Assembly: GCA_945860565.1 (NCBI GenBank) | Contig: CAMAQS010000005.1 | Coordinates: 1 to 60,916, forward strand | Source of the DNA: Chitinophaga pinensis | GTDB taxonomy: Bacteria; Bacteroidota; Bacteroidia; NS11-12g; UBA955 | Direction: 5' to 3' | DNA length: 60,916 nt | Shown here: positions 22,620 to 32,905 of the stretch, piece after piece | Position numbering within the stretch: the first letter of the stretch is position 1 | Layout of the letters: every line of letters begins with the position of its first letter | The notes under the pieces: model-generated | Databases searched by the model: none | The model's input: only the letters and a program-made list of their open reading frames with translations | What the model was told of the DNA's origin: nothing | Position numbers and translations under genes: made by a program

Positions 22620-22683
22620 AAAGATAAACTCCGGGAATCAAACCAAAACAAAATCAATCAAATTACCTACCTTCGTAACACTG

Positions 22684-23661
22684 ATGAGCTCGAACATTGA
22701 GCAAATAAAAAAACCAATTGAAGACGAACTGCATAAGTTTGAATTGCTTTTTAGAAAAAGCATGAAAACTACTGTTCCTTTATTAGATACGATTATGACC
22801 TATATCGTAAAGAGAAAAGGAAAACAGATTCGGCCCATTTTTGTTTTGTATAGCGCTTCCATGTTTGGTGAAATTAATGACCGAACTTTCAGAGGTGCTT
22901 CTTTGGTTGAATTATTACACACGGCAACTTTGGTCCATGATGATGTAGTTGATGAAAGTTATAAACGGCGTGGGTTTTTTAGTATTAACGCTTTATGGAA
23001 AAATAAAATTGCCGTATTGGTTGGTGACTTTTTACTTTCGAAAGGACTTTTACTTAGTGTAGAAAACAAAGATTTTGATTTGCTAGAAATACTTTCGGTT
23101 GCTGTTAGAGACATGTCTGAAGGGGAATTACTCCAATTAGAAAGAGCTCGATTCATGAACGCAACCGAAGAAATTTACTTCGAAATTATCAGAAAAAAAA
23201 CAGCCTCCCTCATTGCTGCCTGCTGTCAAATTGGAGCTGCCTCTACTTCTAAAGACCAAGATACAATTAACAAAATGAGGCTATTCGGCGAATTAATAGG
23301 TTTGGCTTTTCAAATTAGAGATGACTTATTTGACTTTGGTGAAAACAAAAGTGGAAAACCAGCAGGTTTGGATATTAAAGAGAAAAAACTAACATTGCCA
23401 ATAATTTATGCAATGTCAATTGCCCCAAAGGTTGAAACATCAGAAATTAGAAAAATAATAAAAGGCCGTTTACCAGATGGAAAAAAAATGGATTTGGTAA
23501 TAAATTTCATTCGAAAATATGATGGTATTAAATATGCTACCGACAAAATGAATGAATTTAAACAACAAGCTTTTAATATTTTAGATTCACTTGAATCCGA
23601 AACCATAGCAAAAAAACAATTATATCATTTGGTTAATTTTGTAATAGATAGAAACGTTTAA
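22684..23661 (+). CDS. ispB: Long-chain polyprenyl diphosphate synthase (IspB-like)
   Basis: First and second Asp-rich motifs LVHDDVVDES and FQIRDDLFDF. Small residues (A, T) at -5/-4 before the first motif suggest a long-chain product. Confidence 0.85.
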   Translation: MSSNIEQIKKPIEDELHKFELLFRKSMKTTVPLLDTIMTYIVKRKGKQIRPIFVLYSASMFGEINDRTFRGASLVELLHTATLVHDDVVDESYKRRGFFSINALWKNKIAVLVGDFLLSKGLLLSVENKDFDLLEILSVAVRDMSEGELLQLERARFMNATEEIYFEIIRKKTASLIAACCQIGAASTSKDQDTINKMRLFGELIGLAFQIRDDLFDFGENKSGKPAGLDIKEKKLTLPIIYAMSIAPKVETSEIRKIIKGRLPDGKKMDLVINFIRKYDGIKYATDKMNEFKQQAFNILDSLESETIAKKQLYHLVNFVIDRNV

Positions 23662-23664
23662 ATT

Positions 23665-24156
23665 ATGAAAATCACAATAGACAATAAAGAAATTCAATTA
23701 GTTAAAGCCAATGGTTCTTGGTTAACCAATATTGATTCTAACACCAGAATTATAAAACGCGATTTTGAAACAGCAATTGTCATTAACGATTCTTCAGTAA
23801 CTTCAATCAAATCTCTTGGAATTGACATCGAAAATAAAACCATTACAATTCTTCACCAAGGGAAAAAACTCAATTTCAAAATGATAGAACCGTTAGATGA
23901 ATTATTAAAATCTATGGGTTTGGAATCAGCATTTGTTTCTAAAATTTCAGAATTAAAAGCACCTATGCCAGGTTTGGTAATTGATGTTTTAATGAAAGAA
24001 GGAGATGAGATAAAAAAAGGCGACAAATTGGTTGTACTTGAAGCCATGAAAATGGAGAACATTCTAAAATCACCTGTTGATGGTAAAATAAAGTCAATTT
24101 CAATTCTAAAAGGCCAGGCTGTTGACAAAAATCAACTACTTATATCTTTTGAATGA
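23665..24156 (+). CDS. Biotin carboxyl carrier / biotinyl-domain protein
   Basis: 163 aa. C-terminal biotinyl domain with the biotinylation motif LEAMKMEN. 3 nt after the ispB stop. Confidence 0.8.
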   Translation: MKITIDNKEIQLVKANGSWLTNIDSNTRIIKRDFETAIVINDSSVTSIKSLGIDIENKTITILHQGKKLNFKMIEPLDELLKSMGLESAFVSKISELKAPMPGLVIDVLMKEGDEIKKGDKLVVLEAMKMENILKSPVDGKIKSISILKGQAVDKNQLLISFE

Positions 24157-25562
24157 TTTCTTTGCTCAAAAAAGAACATTTACTTTTCATCTTTTTCATT
24201 CTAATATACCTATTCTTTGGAATCTTTAATTTAGAAACATTACCTGTTGCCTGGACCGATGAGATAATGCACATCGATCCTGCAATTCAGTTTATAAAAA
24301 AAGGAGAATTCACTTCTAAAGTTTGGCCTAACGAAGGTTCGGAAATAATTTTTGCCTCTTACCCTCCATTAATTCATTGGTGGCATACACTTTGGCTTAC
24401 ATTTACCAATCCAACTATTTTTATGGTAAGGCTGCCTTTTTTAATTATACACACATGCTCCCTTTTATTGATTTTTAATTACCTAATAGACAAAAAACTT
24501 AACGTTATACTTGCAACTTGCATCGTAATTGCATTTGCTCTTGATAAAACAGTTTTTGAAATCTCCCGAAGCGTTAGAATTGAGGTTTTCATAATTTTTC
24601 TAATTACACTTTACATTACTCTTCAACATAAAGCAAATTTATTGTTCATTAGATCCCTATTACTCGGATTAATGGCAATTGCACACTTGTATTTATGGCC
24701 AATTATATTTGTTTGGTATATATCCGAATTGTTAAAACTAAAAATCAAAAATGGCATATTGTTTACCATTATAATTTTATTACCAGCTGCCACATATCTT
24801 CATTCAATTCATTATGAAGTAAATACCTTAATCGACCAAATTGGAAAACAAGCTACTGACCACCAACTAACTAGTGGGTCTGCTTCAAACAATGCACTAT
24901 TAAACAGTTTCTATTACAGATTTTTTCCTCATTATAATGAACAACCCTTCGTTTTTATAGGTTTTGCAATTTTAATTTCGCTTCTTATAAAAAGTTGTGT
25001 CACATATAAAAATTTACTTGGTATTAAAATTAATGAAACTGCATTTGTTATTTTATTTATTACAATATTCTTTATGATATCACCGCAGTATCGATATTTG
25101 CCTGTACTTTCCTGTTTGGGAGTTCTATTGATTCCATCTAACATAAATGTCAAGGTAAATTGGTTTCTAATACTTGTTGTTTCTAATGGTGCATTTTCAT
25201 TTTTTGCACGTCATTCTACCGCAATAATTCAAAGGTCAGAAAGGCTTTCAAAGCCAATGTTAAACTTTATTAATGAACACATTGATACAACCAAAAAAAC
25301 ATTAATTCTCGGAGAGTCAATTGGCGCGTATTACTGTTTTTTACGGAGGGATACTTTATGTGATTATGGAATTGACTTTTATCCACAACATTGGAATTGG
25401 GGGAACTATAATCAGGTCATTTTACTGACTAAAAAAGAACATAATCAGGGAATTAAAATTGCAGAATACTCAATAAAAAATGACCATCAATTGCCAAAAT
25501 GGGTAACATCTATTGGTAAAGGAGGTAGTTATAATTTAACTAATGTTTACCGTCTAAAATAG
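24153..25562 (+). CDS. Polytopic membrane protein, GT-C-like (ArnT/PMT-type) glycosyltransferase candidate
   Basis: 469 aa with at least 10 hydrophobic helices. The first extracytoplasmic loop carries AWTDEIMHIDP (a DE-type motif as in GT39/GT83 enzymes). Start overlaps the upstream stop (ATGA). Confidence 0.5.
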   Translation: MISLLKKEHLLFIFFILIYLFFGIFNLETLPVAWTDEIMHIDPAIQFIKKGEFTSKVWPNEGSEIIFASYPPLIHWWHTLWLTFTNPTIFMVRLPFLIIHTCSLLLIFNYLIDKKLNVILATCIVIAFALDKTVFEISRSVRIEVFIIFLITLYITLQHKANLLFIRSLLLGLMAIAHLYLWPIIFVWYISELLKLKIKNGILFTIIILLPAATYLHSIHYEVNTLIDQIGKQATDHQLTSGSASNNALLNSFYYRFFPHYNEQPFVFIGFAILISLLIKSCVTYKNLLGIKINETAFVILFITIFFMISPQYRYLPVLSCLGVLLIPSNINVKVNWFLILVVSNGAFSFFARHSTAIIQRSERLSKPMLNFINEHIDTTKKTLILGESIGAYYCFLRRDTLCDYGIDFYPQHWNWGNYNQVILLTKKEHNQGIKIAEYSIKNDHQLPKWVTSIGKGGSYNLTNVYRLK

Positions 25563-26864
25563 TCAACGTGTTGGTTGAGAATTTTTCAGGCCATAACCAA
25601 TAAGTTCGTCATACGGCATAGTTTGATTTCTATGATAAACGAGAACCATGTAATTATTCTCAGCCACTGAGTGTGATCCCTCAAACAATTTAAAATCCAA
25701 TTTTCCTGGTTCGTTTTCAACGCCAAATGCATAGTTGTAATAAGCTTGCTTTAATGGAATTACAGCTTCATACTGTTTGGTTTCTTGATTGTAAAACATT
25801 TTATAATCCTCTTTTTTAGACCAATCAGATAATTCGCCATAAATATATATATCATGAGAAATGGGCTCACTAATAAGCGAGAAATGCACGAAACAATAAT
25901 CACTTTCAAAATTATTACCATTACTTAATGGCAAATCTTTGTTGTCATAAAATACCCTACCATTAAAGTCTTTCCAATTCATGTATTGGTCAAACCCCCT
26001 ACTTTTATCGGAAATTAACCAAACATGTTTTTGATTTGCTATATTTCTGCGCAACTTCACACCCGCCTGTGCGGTTTGCAAACTCCTAATATCGAAATAA
26101 CGGTATTCATTTAATCCATCAAACTGAGAACCAATCATCTGATTGTATTGATAAACATTTCCTCTTATGAACTGTGGTTTTAGTGTTGAAATTGATGATT
26201 CCCATTCACCATTTCTTAAAACTCTGGTATTAAGCTCCTGATAAGGGTTCGGTATGAAATAATTATCTGTAGTTTTTGTAAATGAAAAATTCACTTGTTG
26301 TTGCTCTTGTCTAAACTCAACTTGACTGCTTAATACAATTTGTACATCTACACTTCCTTTGTTATCCAAAACCATAATCCGTCTCGATAAAACAATATCC
26401 TCCTCTTCAAAATTTCGATATATTAGAACCAAGTAATTACCCGAAATTTTGGGTTTTAAATTTTCAGAGGGAAACTTTATAGAATAATGAACATATTGAG
26501 TTAATGTACCGGTTGAAAATGAAATATCGTCAATAGATTCAAACCCAATGCCATCTAGATATTGAGTTTTAGGCAATAAAGTTTTATTCCAATTTGCATC
26601 ACAATGAATCAAAGTAACAAAATAATTATCACGAGATGCAGTAAGTTGATCGAAGGTAATTTCCAATTTATTCTCAATGTCCCCTAGAGAAATTACTGGA
26701 AAATTGAATCCACTACTTGCGTTTTTCAATGTTACGGAACGAATATCACCTTCGTAAATGGCATTTGTATAGCGCAAAGAACTATCTACGTTTGCATTGA
26801 CTAGATTTAGTAAACAAAGTAAAAAGAACAACAAAAAATGATTTTTTGACATAACCCTTAACAT
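25563..26864 (-). CDS. DUF5103-like protein (T9SS plug-protein family candidate)
   Basis: 433 aa with a signal peptide. The N-terminal region IRSVTLKN...FPVISLGD..KLEITFDQL....NYFVTLIHCDANW matches my recollection of the DUF5103/T9SS-plug first-domain pattern. Assignment is from memory, not a search. Confidence 0.45.
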   Translation of the reverse strand: MLRVMSKNHFLLFFLLCLLNLVNANVDSSLRYTNAIYEGDIRSVTLKNASSGFNFPVISLGDIENKLEITFDQLTASRDNYFVTLIHCDANWNKTLLPKTQYLDGIGFESIDDISFSTGTLTQYVHYSIKFPSENLKPKISGNYLVLIYRNFEEEDIVLSRRIMVLDNKGSVDVQIVLSSQVEFRQEQQQVNFSFTKTTDNYFIPNPYQELNTRVLRNGEWESSISTLKPQFIRGNVYQYNQMIGSQFDGLNEYRYFDIRSLQTAQAGVKLRRNIANQKHVWLISDKSRGFDQYMNWKDFNGRVFYDNKDLPLSNGNNFESDYCFVHFSLISEPISHDIYIYGELSDWSKKEDYKMFYNQETKQYEAVIPLKQAYYNYAFGVENEPGKLDFKLFEGSHSVAENNYMVLVYHRNQTMPYDELIGYGLKNSQPTR

Positions 26865-26891
26865 CTACAACGAGTTTTTTCCATATTAATT

Positions 26892-28808
26892 TTAAATATC
26901 CCCACTTAACAACAGCCAATTTTCAAATACCTCGTCGTGTTTGTATTTTACGTTTTTCAATTTATCAAGATTTAGCTTATGATCTAGTGACAGTTCTTTC
27001 ACTATAGTAATATTAGAAGCGATGCTTTCATTTGATAAATCCATTTCAATTTTAGAAATAATCTCTTTTAAAATATCCATTTCTTTTTCAATTTCCTCTA
27101 ATTCCTCCTCCATCTTCTTAAGCTGATTTTTAGATACCGACTTGTTTGTTGGTTCCAATATTGCCGTCTTCAATATTGCACTTTTAGCACTCTGACTTGA
27201 ATTTACTCTTATAGGTTGTTTGGCAAACCACTCATTATATTCGTCATAAGTTCCTGCATATTCTCTAATTACCCCATCTTCAATCCACCATATTTTATTG
27301 GCAACTCTGCTTATAAACGTTCTATCATGCGAAACAAACAAAATTGAACCCTCATAATTTTCAAGTGATTCCGCCAACACAGACGTTGAAAACATGTCTA
27401 AGTGATTTGTTGGTTCATCCAAAAGCAAAAAATTTGATTGCGTAATTAGCGTTTTGGCTAAAGCCAATCTCGATTTTTCGCCACCAGAGAGCACTTTGAC
27501 TTTTTTAAAGACTTCATCCCCAGTAAACAAAAAACAACCAAGCACAGTTCTTAGCTCTTTTTCTGTATACTCAGCTGAAACAGTGCCTATTTCATTAATT
27601 AAATCGTTTTTTACATTCAATGCTTCCAATTGATGTTGAGCAAAAAACGCTGATTCTACATTCCAACCTGGTTCAATTGTTCCATCGTATTCTTCAGTTC
27701 CATGAACCATTCTCAGCAGAGTAGATTTTCCTTTACCATTGGCACCAATTAACGCAATTTTATCGCCCCTTAATATTTGTGCACCTGCTCCATCAAAAAT
27801 TTCTAAATTACCAAATGACTTTGACAAATCCTTAATATCAGTAACAATTTTTCCCGGTTTTACTCTAATGTTAAAACGGATATCAAAATCTCTATTGTTT
27901 TTCTCGTTAAGCTCAATTCTATCCAACTTTTGAAGTTGCTTTACCCTACTTTGTACTGCAGTTGCTTTACTTGCCTTATATCTAAAACGAGAAATGAATT
28001 GCATCTGTTGCCTAATATAATCCTGCTGATTTGCAAACTGTCGTTGCATTAATTCATCTCGCTCCTCTTTTTGATCAAGATACTGTGTAAAATTTCCTTT
28101 GTAGTGAAATAACTGCTGATGCGCTACTTCTACAATTCTATTCACTGTTCTATCTAGAAAAAATCGATCATGTGATACAATAACAAATGTACCTTGATAA
28201 TCACTTAAATAATCCTCAAGCCATTGTATTGTGGGTAAATCCAAATGGTTTGTCGGCTCATCTAACAGCAATAAATCAGGAGACATTAACAATAATTTAC
28301 CTAACAAAGCCCTCATGCGCCAACCCCCACTAAATTGTTTTAATGGTTTATCCAACCACTCGGTTAAAAACCCCAACCCTTCTAATATTTTTTCAGCTTG
28401 TGATTGCCAATCATATCCACCTAGTTGACCAAATTGTTCTTGCAACTCGGATAACCTGTTTAGTCTCTTATCATCGTAATGAATCTCAATTTCTTTGAGT
28501 AATTTGTTGATTTCAATATCAATGTTCAATAAATCATCTCTACCAGACAAAACAACGTCTTTTACAGATTCATCAAATTCCACACTTAATAAATCTTGAT
28601 TTAAAAAACCAATTTTTAAATTACTCGATTTTGAAATTCCGCCTTCTCTTAAATCAAATTCACCAGCAATAACCCTCAATAAGGTTGACTTTCCGGTTCC
28701 GTTTAAACCTACTAAACCAACTTTCTCATTTGGTTTAATATGCCAACTAGCTTTTTTGTATAAATAACGACCTGCGAATTCAAATGAAAAATCATTTAAT
28801 GCTAACAC
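26892..28808 (-). CDS. ABC-F family ATPase (two NBDs, no TMD, C-terminal coiled coil)
   Basis: 638 aa. Two Walker A motifs (GLNGTGKST, GANGKGKST), two signature motifs (FSGGWRMR, LSGGEKSR) and two Walker B motifs (LLLDEPTNHLD x2). Confidence 0.9.
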   Translation of the reverse strand: MLALNDFSFEFAGRYLYKKASWHIKPNEKVGLVGLNGTGKSTLLRVIAGEFDLREGGISKSSNLKIGFLNQDLLSVEFDESVKDVVLSGRDDLLNIDIEINKLLKEIEIHYDDKRLNRLSELQEQFGQLGGYDWQSQAEKILEGLGFLTEWLDKPLKQFSGGWRMRALLGKLLLMSPDLLLLDEPTNHLDLPTIQWLEDYLSDYQGTFVIVSHDRFFLDRTVNRIVEVAHQQLFHYKGNFTQYLDQKEERDELMQRQFANQQDYIRQQMQFISRFRYKASKATAVQSRVKQLQKLDRIELNEKNNRDFDIRFNIRVKPGKIVTDIKDLSKSFGNLEIFDGAGAQILRGDKIALIGANGKGKSTLLRMVHGTEEYDGTIEPGWNVESAFFAQHQLEALNVKNDLINEIGTVSAEYTEKELRTVLGCFLFTGDEVFKKVKVLSGGEKSRLALAKTLITQSNFLLLDEPTNHLDMFSTSVLAESLENYEGSILFVSHDRTFISRVANKIWWIEDGVIREYAGTYDEYNEWFAKQPIRVNSSQSAKSAILKTAILEPTNKSVSKNQLKKMEEELEEIEKEMDILKEIISKIEMDLSNESIASNITIVKELSLDHKLNLDKLKNVKYKHDEVFENWLLLSGDI

Positions 28809-28856
28809 CGCGCAAAGGTAAAACTCTTATTTCAAATCAATTCAATGAATTTCAGA

Positions 28857-29348
28857 TTAAATCTTATTTGAAGTCTTTAATGTCATAACAAAATCATTCA
28901 TTTGGAATCCTTCACCAATATCCAAATCTAATAGGCTTTCAATTACAAATCCATTTTTGAAATAAAAATTGATTGCCTTATAGTTCATTCTATTTACTTG
29001 CAACTTTAAAATCTTTATGTTGTGTTTAGTCGTCAAAAAAATCAACATTTCATGCCCAAAGCTTTGTTTTTGATAAGTTGAATCCACATATAATTTATTT
29101 AAAAACCATATGTTGTTATCAAGTCGACTAACTGCGGCAAAGCCAATATCTTTACCTGACTCATTTAGAAGATAAAATTTTTGTCCATTTTTAAATTGTT
29201 CAAGTAAACTGTGATTGCTGTAAAATTTTAACAACATATAATCAACTTGTATTTGACCAATTATTGGGGGATAATGTTCATTCCAAATTTTGTAAGCCAA
29301 TTTAGCTATTCTATTTATATCTTCAATTTTTACCTCAGTTAATTGCAT
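28857..29348 (-). CDS. GNAT-family N-acetyltransferase
   Basis: 163 aa. Motif A-like region LYVDSTYQKQSFGHEML and C-terminal AINFYFKNGF, typical of GNAT folds. Confidence 0.75.
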   Translation of the reverse strand: MQLTEVKIEDINRIAKLAYKIWNEHYPPIIGQIQVDYMLLKFYSNHSLLEQFKNGQKFYLLNESGKDIGFAAVSRLDNNIWFLNKLYVDSTYQKQSFGHEMLIFLTTKHNIKILKLQVNRMNYKAINFYFKNGFVIESLLDLDIGEGFQMNDFVMTLKTSNKI

Positions 29349-29384
29349 TTAGTCACACGAATATCTCATTTTTGTAGGATAATT

Positions 29385-30101
29385 ATGTTTGTTGCTCAAA
29401 ATATTTCCACAGGTTTTAAAAAATCCAACAATAAAATACTCCATCAATCTGTAAATTTCGAGCTCAATAATGGAGATTTCATGTTATTAATTGGTTCTAA
29501 TGGCATTGGAAAGTCAACATTATTAAAGACGATACTTGGAATTTATCCTCCATTAAATGGAAAATTCATATTCAATAACGAGGACATAACATTCCTCCAA
29601 TCTAGAAAAAAATCAAAACTAATCTCTATGATGTTACCGAATTCACCAAATGTTGAAATGATGTCTGCATTTGAAGTGGCTATGACCGGATTAAACAATC
29701 AACTAAAACCATGGAATTCAGAGAATCAAACAATGCAAAATAAATTAAAATTTGAATTTGAAACTGCAGGAATTTCTCAATTGATAAATCAAAAATTCGC
29801 TGAGCTCTCAGATGGCGAAAAACAAAAAGTGATGCTGATAAGATGTCTAATTCAAGATACGCCTATATTGTTATTGGATGAACCACTTGCTTTTTTAGAT
29901 TACCAATCTAAAATACAATTCTTAAATCTCCTGTCTTCAAAATGCAAAAACGAAAATAAAATCGTAGTGTTGAGCACTCATGACCTAGATGTTTCATTGC
30001 CTTTTGCTACAAAGATATTTGCCCTTAAAAAAACCACATTTACATTTTTCGAAAACAAGGATAATTTTACACTAAGCGATTATCTAAATGAAACAGCGTA
30101 A
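29385..30101 (+). CDS. ABC transporter ATP-binding protein (single NBD, no permease nearby)
   Basis: Walker A GSNGIGKST, signature LSDGEKQKV, Walker B LLLDEP. The second Met (29385) is preferred because the 29343 start overlaps the divergent GNAT start. Confidence 0.8.
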   Translation: MFVAQNISTGFKKSNNKILHQSVNFELNNGDFMLLIGSNGIGKSTLLKTILGIYPPLNGKFIFNNEDITFLQSRKKSKLISMMLPNSPNVEMMSAFEVAMTGLNNQLKPWNSENQTMQNKLKFEFETAGISQLINQKFAELSDGEKQKVMLIRCLIQDTPILLLDEPLAFLDYQSKIQFLNLLSSKCKNENKIVVLSTHDLDVSLPFATKIFALKKTTFTFFENKDNFTLSDYLNETA

Positions 30102-30813
30102 CCCTTTTAAATTTAAAAACTTTATTATTCATCAAGAAAATGTATCACTGCCAGTAACAACAGATTCATGCCTTTTTGGTTCTTTTATAGAATTTAAAGA
30201 TTCAACTACCATTTTGGACTTGGGAACAGGTACTGGTTTACTTATGTTCATTTTGAATGAAAAATATCCAGTAGCCGAAATTACAGGTATAGAATTGCAG
30301 AAAGACAGTTGCCTGTGCGCTTCTAGCAATATTCAAATAAATCAGAAAAATGACCGATTAAACGTAGTTGAGGGTGATCTGTTTGATTTCGATTTTAAAA
30401 GAAAATTCCCTGCCATAATATGTAATCCTCCATTTTTTGAAAATTCACTAGTTTCAAAATCAAAACCCGAGGCCATAGCCAAACATTTTAATCAGTACAC
30501 TTTTAAAAAGTTATTTAATAGAATATATTCCCTTCTAGATGACAATGGTGAAGTCTGGCTAATGTTGCCATACATGAGTGTTGAAACAATAAAAGATGAA
30601 TTAAAACCTTCAGAATTGTATATCATTGAACATATAATCGTAAAGTCAAAATCAAACAAAACACCACATCTATGTTTTGTTAAACTTACTAACGGTTTAA
30701 AACACAAAAGAGAAATTAAATCTGAAGAAATTATAGTTTACAACGCCGACCATAGTTATACTCAGCAATCTAAAAAATTTCTTTCGCTAATTTATTTGCA
30801 TTTAACGTCTTAA
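30088..30813 (+). CDS. trmN6: tRNA1(Val) (adenine37-N6)-methyltransferase-like SAM methyltransferase (YfiC/TrmN6 family)
   Basis: SAM motif I ILDLGTGTGLL and catalytic IICNPPFF (NPPF/Y) motif. 241 aa. Overlaps the upstream ABC gene by 14 nt. Confidence 0.65.
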   Translation: MKQRNPFKFKNFIIHQENVSLPVTTDSCLFGSFIEFKDSTTILDLGTGTGLLMFILNEKYPVAEITGIELQKDSCLCASSNIQINQKNDRLNVVEGDLFDFDFKRKFPAIICNPPFFENSLVSKSKPEAIAKHFNQYTFKKLFNRIYSLLDDNGEVWLMLPYMSVETIKDELKPSELYIIEHIIVKSKSNKTPHLCFVKLTNGLKHKREIKSEEIIVYNADHSYTQQSKKFLSLIYLHLTS

Positions 30814-30846
30814 TATTAAAAAGTGTTGTATATTTGTAATTGTAAA

Positions 30847-31068
30847 ATGTCAAATCTGTTTAAATATGCTTTAGAGAAATCCCTATTTGGAGTTTGTAAT
30901 CAATTGGGTGATTATATGCAAATTTCTGCAAGAAGCGTTAGGATGTCATTTATTTACGCGTCATTTTTTACTTTAGGTTCTCCAATTATTTTTTACCTAG
31001 TTTTTGCATTTTGGTTGAATATAAAAAAGTATTCACAAGAAAGGCGGACTAGAATTTGGGATTTATAA
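30847..31068 (+). CDS. PspC-domain small membrane protein
   Basis: LFGVCNQLGDYMQISARSVRMSFIYASFFTLG fits the PspC domain (GVC.GLA.Y......VR..F). A perfect TAtaTTTG box at about 30829-30836 argues for the ATG at 30847 rather than the GTG at 30823. Confidence 0.7.
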   Translation: MSNLFKYALEKSLFGVCNQLGDYMQISARSVRMSFIYASFFTLGSPIIFYLVFAFWLNIKKYSQERRTRIWDL

Positions 31069-32811
31069 CTAGAAGTTACTACTAATAGTAAATCTGACAC
31101 CACTAAAAGCAGGTTCTTCACGGCAAATTCCACCAGAGCAGTTTACACCTTGTTGTTGCTTTAAAAAGGATAGAGTATAAAAACTACCTCCATTGTTATA
31201 ACTCATAAATACAGTTGGGTAATGTAACACACTGTTCGCAATAGTCATTCTTTCGTATCGATGTGGCTCTATATTTACCATATCTCCCAAAGAAAAAGAG
31301 AAATTTTTATTGAAATAATATTCAATCATTAAGTTTGCAAATGACCCTTGATCACGATCGGTTTTCAAATATTGCGCTTCAATGCGCAAACTCTTACCTT
31401 TTCCAATCTTATGCAACCATTCCATAAACGGAGTTAGCGTATAAACTAAATCATACTCTGGTTCTTGTTCATATCTTGCTTGGTTGTAATAAATAGTTTG
31501 TAAACCTAACTTCACTTTATCACCATTTGAAAACGACCTAGTAATTTCTCCATTATATTCCTGAAACAATTTGGTTTTTACATTTTTATTTAGAATCGAA
31601 TCAAAATCCCCATTATGCTCTAAAGATTGAACAAAACTTGCATTAAATGTAATTCTAGTCTTATTTCCTATTTTTAAATCTAGTTCGCCTTGAACTCCTT
31701 CCTCACCTAGATCTTGTGCAGGTGCATTATATCTAGCCATTAACCTATAAGTATTTTGTTTGGTCATTGATGGTAGATAACTAATTAATCCATCCAATAA
31801 ATTTTCTCTTGGCGAAGTTCGTAATGGAAAATGGTCTACGTATCTACCTTGAATGTTTAAACCTACTGAAACAAGAGGCAATTTTTCACCTAGTTTAATC
31901 TTACTTTTCCCCCAACTTATTGAAGCCAAATGTACTTTACCAGACTTTAATTCTAAATTATTATTTGCATTTATAATGGCCTCTTTAGTTTTATAGTTGG
32001 ACTCTAAATTAATGGCAAAATTTCCCAAATTATAATTCAAATAGTAATTAAATCCATATACATTATATTTCGGATAAAATTGATCTTCCCTATCATAAGT
32101 ATTAATAATTGAAACCAATTCTTCCATAGTTTGCCTATCTAAATTGCGGTTAATTGTGGAAGCACCAATACTCAAATTTCCCAAATCAATACTTTTGTTT
32201 TCGTTTAATTTTAATTTTGGCAAATTTATTTCACCTTCAATATTTAAACCACTTAATACTTGAGGGGAATATTCAAATCGAGTTCCACTACTCATATTTC
32301 CCTTTTGATTCCCTGAAAATCCCTTAATTCTCCAATTATCATTTATTTGATAGTTAATTCTTATCCCTTGAATTGAATAATCAATGCCTATTTGTCTTTG
32401 CTCATAGGCCCTAAATAAAATTCCAGATCCAAATTGATCATAAAAAGACCCTACTGATATATTAAGTTTTTCTAATTGTTTGCTTATTTGCCAAAATCCA
32501 ATACCATGGTCCGTATAAGCATCTAAAGGATCCAATAAAGGGGAATTATTAAAACCATCATACCGTACTATAAAATTGTAATCATTAATTCTATATTGCA
32601 TAAATAACCATGCATCTGTGCTTGCAGTATTTTCTTTATAAACACGCGTATTTGCTCCAATTTTGTCATCTCGGATATACTTTTGATAGTTCAAAATTAA
32701 ATTTCCACTGAATTGACCTTTTGACTTCACTTCATTTGAACTTTGACTCCTAAGGTCTGGTAAATGACTTAAAAAAATCAAAATTATAAATAATTTAATT
32801 GGGTTACTCAT
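31069..32811 (-). CDS. Outer-membrane beta-barrel protein of unknown function
   Basis: 580 aa with a signal peptide. Alternating hydrophobic/polar strands throughout, a CSGGIC motif near the C-terminus and a terminal Phe (...FTISSNF), as in OM barrels. Confidence 0.55.
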   Translation of the reverse strand: MSNPIKLFIILIFLSHLPDLRSQSSNEVKSKGQFSGNLILNYQKYIRDDKIGANTRVYKENTASTDAWLFMQYRINDYNFIVRYDGFNNSPLLDPLDAYTDHGIGFWQISKQLEKLNISVGSFYDQFGSGILFRAYEQRQIGIDYSIQGIRINYQINDNWRIKGFSGNQKGNMSSGTRFEYSPQVLSGLNIEGEINLPKLKLNENKSIDLGNLSIGASTINRNLDRQTMEELVSIINTYDREDQFYPKYNVYGFNYYLNYNLGNFAINLESNYKTKEAIINANNNLELKSGKVHLASISWGKSKIKLGEKLPLVSVGLNIQGRYVDHFPLRTSPRENLLDGLISYLPSMTKQNTYRLMARYNAPAQDLGEEGVQGELDLKIGNKTRITFNASFVQSLEHNGDFDSILNKNVKTKLFQEYNGEITRSFSNGDKVKLGLQTIYYNQARYEQEPEYDLVYTLTPFMEWLHKIGKGKSLRIEAQYLKTDRDQGSFANLMIEYYFNKNFSFSLGDMVNIEPHRYERMTIANSVLHYPTVFMSYNNGGSFYTLSFLKQQQGVNCSGGICREEPAFSGVRFTISSNF

Positions 32812-32905
32812 AAATTCTCACAAATATGCACAAAACTATGTATAAGCTTGGAATTAATGTTCTGAAAATTACATACCATCAAATATTCATAGTATTTTTG
32901 TTTTA

